DNA of 64,000 nucleotides from Eubacteriales bacterium (GTDB lineage Bacteria; Bacillota; Clostridia; Oscillospirales; CAG-272): NCBI GenBank assembly GCA_045656745.1, contig JAZORT010000022.1, positions 13,784 to 77,783 of the forward strand, read 5' to 3'. Shown piece by piece: positions 57,450 to 64,000 of this stretch (position 1 is its first letter; each line of letters starts with the position of its first letter). The notes under the pieces were generated by a model. It saw only the letters and a program-made list of their open reading frames with translations, ran no database searches and was not told where the DNA came from. The position numbers and the translations under genes were made by a program.

Positions 57450-57744
57450 TATTGCATTTCTTGCTTTTTACAAGTCAAAAATTCACAAAAGCAATTATTT
57501 TTCATATTTTTTCAACATTTTCCTATCATTTTTGCCCCTAACAATTCATTTTTCCGCTTTCCGTTTATCTCTTTTCGGCTTATAATTGCCTGATTTTTGG
57601 CTTATATCCTAAGGTTTTGGCAATTTTTACAAGAGATGCAAAACCGCCCGAAAAAGCAAAAATTTCTTTCGACCTCTTCCTCAACGACATCGACCCCCTA
57701 TTTGTGATACAATAGTTACAAAAAACATAAGGAGCATTACGGCG

Positions 57745-58038
57745 GTGTCAAACAAGAAAGCGGCGGAGACGGTTATCCGAAAGGACATAAAGGAGGAGGA
57801 CGGGAACGAGTACATATACGAGCTTACAATGCGCGAGGGCAAAAGAGTTGCCAACTTCAAAATTCCCCTATACTCGGTTACGGTGGTTATGAATGACAGC
57901 GAGGGAAAATCCACCCGAGCAGGGCTCAAAGAGGTGTTTTCCGACATACGGACGGCGGTGCGTTTTTACGAGAGGATTGTCAGCGGTCTTGCAACTCCTA
58001 TTGACCTAAGATATATCTTCGAGGACGAGATGGGCTGA
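57745..58038 (+). CDS. hypothetical protein (97 aa, GTG start)
   Basis: AAGGAG RBS before GTG 57745. No recognised motif. Confidence 0.45.
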   Translation: MSNKKAAETVIRKDIKEEDGNEYIYELTMREGKRVANFKIPLYSVTVVMNDSEGKSTRAGLKEVFSDIRTAVRFYERIVSGLATPIDLRYIFEDEMG

Positions 58039-58155
58039 ATTTCGGGTTGATTTTTTTCTGTTTTTGTGGTATAATCGACTTATCCGAGTGTCAACGAAGG
58101 GCGAAAGCTCTTTTTACACACCGCTAACAAACGAACAGGAAACGGATAAAATAAA

Positions 58156-59175
58156 ATGAAAATCGGAATTTTAGGAGCAGGCACTTGGGGCATTGCCCTT
58201 GCTGCCCTGCTTTCAAAAAACGGTCACGATATAACCGTTTGGTCGGCTATTGAGAGCGAGATCGACCAAATTCAAAAAACGAGGACGCACAAAAACCTGC
58301 CCGGTCTTGTGCTTCTTGAGGACATAAAATACACATCGGATATAAGCAAAGCGGTTTCGGAGCAGGCTCTGGTTATCTTCGTTACCCCCTCACAGTATAT
58401 CAGAGCAACCGCAAGGGCGGCGGCGCCATTTATTGCCGAGGGTGCTATTCTTGCAAGCGCGGCAAAGGGTATTGAGTGTGGCACTCTTATGACTATGACC
58501 GATATTATAAACGATGAAATGAAGAAAATCAGCCGCTCGGACTTCTCTCTCGTTGCGCTCTCGGGTCCCACCCACGCAGAGGAGGTTGCGATGGGTCTCC
58601 CCACCTCTATTGTTGCCGCCTGCGAAAATGAGGAAATCTCGCTTATTTTAGCCGAGGTATTTTCGAATTCTTGTATGCGTATTTACACCAACACCGACCT
58701 GCTCGGCGTTGAGCTTTCGGGAGCACTTAAAAACATTATGGCTCTTGCGGCGGGTATAAATACGGGAATGGGCTTTGGCGACAATGCAAAGGCAATGCTC
58801 ATTACAAGAGGCGCTGCCGAGATAACGAGAATAGGTCTTGCAATGGGTGCAAGGCTTGAAACCTTTATGGGTCTTGCGGGAATAGGCGACCTTATCGTTA
58901 CCTGCACCTCTCCTCATAGCCGAAACAACCGCTGCGGCGAGCTTATCGGCAAGGGCAAAAGCTATGAGGAAGCCTTGGCGGAGATCGGAATGGTTGTTGA
59001 GGGCTACCACGCACTCGGCGCAGCTCTTGAGCTTTCGAAAAAATACGGGGTTGAGATGCCAATTGTTTCGGCGGTCAACGCGGTTATCAACGATGGCGTA
59101 TCTCCCATAAGCGCCCTGCGCGCTCTTATGTCCCGCGATGTCAAAAACGAGCTTAATCTTACAAATTATCATTAA
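58156..59175 (+). CDS. gpsA: NAD(P)H-dependent glycerol-3-phosphate dehydrogenase
   Basis: KIGILGAGTWGIALA, GPTHAEEV and LKNIMALAAG. Confidence 0.9.
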   Translation: MKIGILGAGTWGIALAALLSKNGHDITVWSAIESEIDQIQKTRTHKNLPGLVLLEDIKYTSDISKAVSEQALVIFVTPSQYIRATARAAAPFIAEGAILASAAKGIECGTLMTMTDIINDEMKKISRSDFSLVALSGPTHAEEVAMGLPTSIVAACENEEISLILAEVFSNSCMRIYTNTDLLGVELSGALKNIMALAAGINTGMGFGDNAKAMLITRGAAEITRIGLAMGARLETFMGLAGIGDLIVTCTSPHSRNNRCGELIGKGKSYEEALAEIGMVVEGYHALGAALELSKKYGVEMPIVSAVNAVINDGVSPISALRALMSRDVKNELNLTNYH

Positions 59176-59193
59176 AATGCCCCTAAAATGCCT

Positions 59194-59222
59194 GCGGAGC
59201 CGTATTTTCGGCTTCGCTTTTT
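59194..59222 (+). terminator. gpsA terminator
   Basis: GCGGAGCCG-N6-CGGCTTCGC followed by TTTTT. Confidence 0.65.
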
Positions 59223-59225
59223 ATT

Positions 59226-59343
59226 TGCATAAATGCATATTTATTCTCGGTTTATGCATTCGGATTTACAAATAATTAGGCGAATCTAAATTAAATAAAT
59301 ATTATATGGCAAATTTTCTTGCATTTTTTTGAAAAAATATTCA
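59226..59343. promoter_or_regulatory. candidate ArgR/AhrC operators (ARG-box-like palindromes)
   Basis: TGCATAAATGCA (59226-59237) and ATGCAT (59254-59259). TGAAAAAATATTCA (59330-59343) matches TGAATwwwwATTCA at 13/14 positions and lies 8 bp upstream of the -35. Confidence 0.45.
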
Positions 59344-59351
59344 AAAACCCC

Positions 59352-59380
59352 TTGACAAGCACATTTCAAAGTATTACAAT
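59352..59380 (+). promoter_or_regulatory. sigma-A promoter of arg operon
   Basis: TTGACA (59352-59357), 17-nt spacer, TACAAT (59375-59380). Confidence 0.6.
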
Positions 59381-59458
59381 ATAATGCGTGATTAAAAAAT
59401 CCTTTCGCATAACAAATAAAAATTCACTCTGCGAAAGACACGAAAGAAGGATAAAAAA

Positions 59459-60685
59459 ATGGATAAGTCTAAAATCAAAAAGGTCGTACTTGCTTACTCG
59501 GGAGGTCTTGATACCTCTATTATTATTCCGTGGCTCAAGGAAAACTACAACAACTGTGAGGTAGTTGCCGTTTCGGGCAACGTTGGTCAGGCTGACGAGC
59601 TTGAGGGTCTTGAGGAAAAGGCTCTTAAGACCGGCGCGTCTAAGCTCTATGTTCTCGACCTTACCGAGGAATATGTTAACGAATACATTATGCCCTGCCT
59701 CAAGGCGGGCGCAATTTACGAGGATTACCTTCTCGGTACCTCTCACGCACGTCCCTGCATTGCCAAGGGTCTTGCTGAAATCGCAATCAAGGAAAAGGCA
59801 GACGCTATCTGCCACGGCTGTACCGGTAAGGGTAACGACCAGGTTCGTTTCGAGCTTACTCTCAAGCACTTCTGCCCCGATATGCCTATAATCGCTCCCT
59901 GGCGTGAGTGGGACATTAAGTCCCGCGAGGAGGAGATTGAGTACGCTGAGGCGCACAACGTTCCGCTCAAGATAAACCGCGAGACCAACTACTCTAAGGA
60001 CAAGAACCTCTGGCACCTTTCTCACGAGGGTCTCGACCTTGAGGATACCGCAAACGAGCCTCTTTACGACAAGGACGGCTTCCTTGAAATGGGCATTTCT
60101 CCCATCAAGGCTCCCGATGCTCCTACCTACATCACCCTCGACTTTGAGGCAGGTATTCCCGTTGCTCTTAACGATAAGAAGATGAGCGCAAAGGATATTA
60201 TCCTTGAGCTTAACAAGATTGGCGGCGCAAACGGCATCGGACTTCTTGACATCGTTGAAAACCGCCTTGTAGGTATGAAGTGCCGCGGCGTTTACGAGAC
60301 TCCCGGCGGAACCATTCTCTACCGCGCTCACGAGTATCTTGAGACCCTTTGTCTTGACAAGATGACTATGCACGAAAAGCAGAAGCTCGCTATCACCTTT
60401 GCCGAGCTTGTATATAACGGACAGTGGTTCACTCCTCTCAGAGAGGCTCTTTCCGCATTCGTTGATAAGACCCAGGAGCACGTTACCGGTAAGGTAAGAC
60501 TCAAGCTCTACAAGGGTAACATCATTAAGGCGGGCGCTTGGTCCGACTGGTCGCTCTATTCCGAGGAGATTGCTACCTTCGGTGAGGACGAGGTTTACAA
60601 TCAGGCAGACAGCGCAGGATTTATCAACCTTTACGGTCTTCCTATCAAGGTTGCCGCTCAGGTTAACAAGAAGAACAATAAGTAA
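59459..60685 (+). CDS. argG: argininosuccinate synthase
   Basis: [22 protein letters not shown] and other family landmarks. Confidence 0.95.
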   Translation: MDKSKIKKVVLAYSGGLDTSIIIPWLKENYNNCEVVAVSGNVGQADELEGLEEKALKTGASKLYVLDLTEEYVNEYIMPCLKAGAIYEDYLLGTSHARPCIAKGLAEIAIKEKADAICHGCTGKGNDQVRFELTLKHFCPDMPIIAPWREWDIKSREEEIEYAEAHNVPLKINRETNYSKDKNLWHLSHEGLDLEDTANEPLYDKDGFLEMGISPIKAPDAPTYITLDFEAGIPVALNDKKMSAKDIILELNKIGGANGIGLLDIVENRLVGMKCRGVYETPGGTILYRAHEYLETLCLDKMTMHEKQKLAITFAELVYNGQWFTPLREALSAFVDKTQEHVTGKVRLKLYKGNIIKAGAWSDWSLYSEEIATFGEDEVYNQADSAGFINLYGLPIKVAAQVNKKNNK

Positions 60686-60715
60686 TTTTTAGAAAACCCC
60701 AAAAAGGAAATCAGT

Positions 60716-62086
60716 ATGGAAAAAATGTGGGCAGGCAGATTTGAAAAGGCGTCTGACAAGCTGGCGGACGATTTCAATTCTTCCATTCATTTCGACAGTA
60801 AAATGTATAAGCAGGACATCAGAGGCTCTATGGAGCACGCGACGATGCTCTGCAAGGTTGGTATTCTTACAGAAGAGGAATTCGGCAAAATCTACGCGGG
60901 CCTTAACGGAATACTTAACGATATAGATTCGGGAAAGCTCTTATTTGATATGAACGCCGAGGACATTCATATGTTCGTTGAGGCAGAGCTTACAAAGAGA
61001 ATAGGCGATGCGGGCAAGAAGCTCCACACCGCCCGTTCAAGAAACGATCAGGTTGCCCTTGACCTGCGCCTTTATATGCGCGAGGAGGCACTTGACGTTG
61101 TTTCGCTTTTAAAGAAGCTTACCGCGGCAACCCTCGAGCAGGCAAAGAAGAATACCGAGACTATAATGCCGGGCTACACCCATCTTCAGCGCGCCCAGCC
61201 TATTACATTTGCCCACCACCTTCTTGCATACTGTATGATGTTCCTTCGCGATATTTCACGAATTGTTGACGCCATACTCCGTATGAACTACTCTCCCCTC
61301 GGCTCCTGCGCTCTTGCGGGAACAACCTACCCTACCGACAGAGATATGGTGGCAGAGGCTCTCGGCTTTGACGGAATTACAATGAATTCTATTGACGGCG
61401 TTTCGGACAGAGACTACTGTATCGAGCTTGAGGCGGCGTTTGCAACGGTTATGATGCACCTTTCCCGCTTCTCTGAGGAAATAATTCTTTGGTCAAGCTG
61501 GGAGTTCAAGTTTATTGAGCTTGACGATGCATACACAACAGGCTCCTCCATTATGCCACAGAAGAAAAATCCCGATATGGCAGAGCTTGTCCGCGGAAAG
61601 ACGGGCAGAGTTTACGGCGACCTTATGGCTACCCTCACGGTGCTCAAGGGTATTCCCTTAGCCTACAACAAGGATATGCAGGAGGACAAGGAGGCAATCT
61701 TTGACAGCGTTGAGACAGTTAAAAAGTGCCTTGAAATCTTCATTCCTATGATTGAGACGATGAAGGCTATTCCCGAGAATATGTACGCGGCGTCAAAGAA
61801 GGGCTTTATCAACGCAACCGACCTTGCAGATTATCTTACAAAGCGCGGTCTGCCCTTCCGTACAGCCTATAAAATTGTTGGTACCGTTGTTGGCAAGTGC
61901 GTTAAAGAAAACAAAACTCTCGACGAGGTAACTCTCGAGGAATACAAGGAATATTCCGAGGTGTTTGAGAGTGACCTTTACGAAGAGATAAGCCTTGAGA
62001 CCTGCATAAGAAAGAGAATTTCCAGAGGCAGCACCGGCTACGATGCGGTAAAGGAACAGATAGAATACGTTGAGGGTCAGTTATAA
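60716..62086 (+). CDS. argH: argininosuccinate lyase
   Basis: MWAGRF, HTARSRNDQV and GSSIMPQKKNPD. Confidence 0.95.
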   Translation: MEKMWAGRFEKASDKLADDFNSSIHFDSKMYKQDIRGSMEHATMLCKVGILTEEEFGKIYAGLNGILNDIDSGKLLFDMNAEDIHMFVEAELTKRIGDAGKKLHTARSRNDQVALDLRLYMREEALDVVSLLKKLTAATLEQAKKNTETIMPGYTHLQRAQPITFAHHLLAYCMMFLRDISRIVDAILRMNYSPLGSCALAGTTYPTDRDMVAEALGFDGITMNSIDGVSDRDYCIELEAAFATVMMHLSRFSEEIILWSSWEFKFIELDDAYTTGSSIMPQKKNPDMAELVRGKTGRVYGDLMATLTVLKGIPLAYNKDMQEDKEAIFDSVETVKKCLEIFIPMIETMKAIPENMYAASKKGFINATDLADYLTKRGLPFRTAYKIVGTVVGKCVKENKTLDEVTLEEYKEYSEVFESDLYEEISLETCIRKRISRGSTGYDAVKEQIEYVEGQL

Positions 62087-62089
62087 TTT

Positions 62090-63022
62090 ATGAAGAAAAA
62101 AATATTTATTGACGGCAAGGCGGGTACTACCGGCCTTAGAATTGAAGAAAGGCTCTCGGGCAGAGACGATGTTGAAATAATCTCGCTGCCCGACGAGTTA
62201 AGAAAAGACCCCGAGGCGAGAAAAAAGATGCTAAACGAGGCCGATTTCGTGTTTCTTTGCCTGCCCGACGCGGCGGCAATCGAGGCTGTCTCTATGATAG
62301 AAAACGATAAAACCGTTGTAATCGACGCCTCAACCGCCCACAGAACGAACCCCGACTGGGCATACGGCTTCCCCGAGCTTTCTCCTGAATTTCTGGAGAA
62401 AATTCAAGGCAGTAACAGAATTGCGGTGCCCGGTTGCCATGCAAGCGGCTTTATTGCTCTCGTTTATCCCTTAGTTAAGGCGGGTATTTTGCCCGAGGGG
62501 GCGCTTCTTACCGTTCATTCCTTAACGGGCTTTAGCGGCGGGGGAAAGTCGATGATTGCCGACTATAATTCAGAGGAGCGCTCTCCTCTTCTCGGTGCTC
62601 CGAGACAGTACGCGATAAAGCAGTCCCACAAGCATCTTCCCGAGATGTCAAAAATTACAGGGCTTAAAAATCTTCCCCTCTTCTCCCCTATCGTTGCAGA
62701 TTTTTATTCGGGTATGGAGGTTACCGTTCCCCTCTTTAAATCTCAGCTCCTCTATGGCGGAATTGAAGAAATCAAGGCTATTTACAAAAATCTATACACT
62801 ACCGAGCTTGTAAAGTATACCGACGGTGCAGACGAAGAGGGCTTCCTCTCCGCAGCGGCAAAATCCGAAAAGGATTCAATGCAGATTGAGGTTTACGGCT
62901 GTGACGAAAGAATTATTCTCGTTGCAAGATATGACAACCTGGGCAAGGGCGCATCGGGCGCTGCGGTTGAGTGCCTTAACATTAAGCTCGGTGCAGAAAG
63001 AACCAAAACCCTGGTTATTTAA
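62090..63022 (+). CDS. argC: N-acetyl-gamma-glutamyl-phosphate reductase (short type)
   Basis: 310 aa. IDGKAGTTG and VPGCHASG (catalytic Cys). Confidence 0.85.
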   Translation: MKKKIFIDGKAGTTGLRIEERLSGRDDVEIISLPDELRKDPEARKKMLNEADFVFLCLPDAAAIEAVSMIENDKTVVIDASTAHRTNPDWAYGFPELSPEFLEKIQGSNRIAVPGCHASGFIALVYPLVKAGILPEGALLTVHSLTGFSGGGKSMIADYNSEERSPLLGAPRQYAIKQSHKHLPEMSKITGLKNLPLFSPIVADFYSGMEVTVPLFKSQLLYGGIEEIKAIYKNLYTTELVKYTDGADEEGFLSAAAKSEKDSMQIEVYGCDERIILVARYDNLGKGASGAAVECLNIKLGAERTKTLVI

Positions 63023-63040
63023 ATCCAAGGAGATATTTTT

Positions 63041-64000
63041 ATGAAGTTTATTGAAGGCGGCGTTTGCGCTGCGGAGGGCTTCCTCGCAAGCGGTGTCCAC
63101 GCCGGAATTAGAAAAAATAAAACAAAAAAGGACTTGTCGCTCATTTTCTCGCAGACAGAGGCTAACGCGGCGGCAGTTTATACAACGAATAAGGTTAAGG
63201 GTGCTCCCCTGACCGTTACCAAAGAAAACATTTCCAACGGAAAGGCTCGCGCGGTTATCTGTAACAGCGGAAACGCAAACACCTGCAACGCAAACGGCAT
63301 CCAGGTTGCAAAAACCACCTGCGCGCTCCTTGCCGAAAAGCTTGGAATTGATGAGACCGATGTTGTCGTTGCTTCTACCGGCGTTATCGGTCAGCCCCTC
63401 GACATCACTCCCATAAAGAACGCTATCCCCTCGCTTATCTCCTCTCTTTCCGAAAACGGAAGTGCTGAGGCGGCAGAGGGCATTATGACCACCGACACAA
63501 AGCTTAAAGAGGTTGCCGTTTCCTTTACTGTGGGCGGTGTTGAATGTAAAATGGGCGGTATTGCCAAGGGCTCGGGTATGATTCACCCCAATATGGCAAC
63601 AATGCTTGTTTTCATTACCACGGACTGCGCTATCAGCTCTGATATGTTAAAGCTTGCTCTTTCCACCGACGTAAAGAACACCTTTAATATGGTATCTATT
63701 GACGGTGACACCTCTACAAACGATATGGTCACAGTTCTTGCAAACGGCTGCGCGGGTAATGAGGAAATCATTGCAAAGGGTACCGATTTTGACAACTTTA
63801 TGGAGGCTTTGAATACGGTAACCGTAAATCTTTGCAGAAAAATTGCGGCAGACGGCGAGGGCGCTACTAAAATGCTCGAGTGCGAGGTTGAGGGCGCAAA
63901 GGACGAATGTGCGGCAAAGACTATTGCAAAGAGCGTTATCTGCTCCTCTCTCGTTAAGGCGGCAATGTTCGGCGCTGACGCCAACTGGGGCAGAATTCTC
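63041..64000 (+). CDS. argJ: bifunctional ornithine acetyltransferase / N-acetylglutamate synthase, C-terminus beyond window
   Basis: My own translation from ATG 63041 (AAGGAG RBS) gives MKFIEGGVCAAEGFLASGVHAGIRKNKTKKDL...NSGNANTCNA...GMIHPNMATML. It is open to the window end. Confidence 0.9.
   Translation, partial: MKFIEGGVCAAEGFLASGVHAGIRKNKTKKDLSLIFSQTEANAAAVYTTNKVKGAPLTVTKENISNGKARAVICNSGNANTCNANGIQVAKTTCALLAEKLGIDETDVVVASTGVIGQPLDITPIKNAIPSLISSLSENGSAEAAEGIMTTDTKLKEVAVSFTVGGVECKMGGIAKGSGMIHPNMATMLVFITTDCAISSDMLKLALSTDVKNTFNMVSIDGDTSTNDMVTVLANGCAGNEEIIAKGTDFDNFMEALNTVTVNLCRKIAADGEGATKMLECEVEGAKDECAAKTIAKSVICSSLVKAAMFGADANWGRIL

Noticed and set aside
59366-60481. 371-aa minus-strand ORF
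   Set aside because: It is antisense to argG, whose identity is unambiguous.
62876-63984. 236-aa and 133-aa minus-strand ORFs
   Set aside because: They are antisense to argC and argJ and are shadow ORFs.

Overview
This is a 64-kb chromosomal window from an endospore-forming Firmicute, probably Clostridia-like. The evidence is an alpha/beta-type SASP gene, a BspA-type LRR lipoprotein, AGGAGG-type RBSs and TTGACA-N17-TATAAT promoters. Most of the window is ordinary core genome. It includes gpmI, a ParE/GyrB-type topoisomerase B subunit, ligA, proS, potABCD, dCMP deaminase, gpsA, argG-argH-argC-argJ, pseudouridine synthases, lipid-metabolism enzymes and an AraC-linked sugar-like cluster. The outlier is an AT-richer insertion of about 12.7 kb at 2803-15540. 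It sits between a terminator and the next operon's promoter. It is bounded by a 15-bp direct repeat (CTAAAAAAGCGCCCC), and an 11-bp inverted core lies exactly 15 nt inside each repeat copy. The element carries an iteron plus hairpin origin. It also has two tandem pMV158-RepB-like HUH nuclease genes, the second fused to an SF3-type P-loop helicase. Downstream is a run of membrane-anchored or secreted proteins, including an SGNH esterase and a 470-aa protein with a signal peptide and C-terminal anchor, followed by several tiny single-TM proteins. Next come a 750-aa polytopic-membrane P-loop ATPase, a highly structured noncoding region of about 550 bp, and an IS30-family DDE transposase whose only detectable partner end is 11.6 kb away. 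No capsid, portal, terminase or tyrosine/serine integrase is visible. My best reading is a previously uncharacterised integrative rolling-circle element. It could be inovirus/plectrovirus-like, pleomorphic-virus-like, or a minimal transfer element. It appears to use an IS30-type transposase to insert the whole replicon. I saw no rRNA, tRNA or CRISPR array. All family assignments come from motif recognition by eye and no searches were run.
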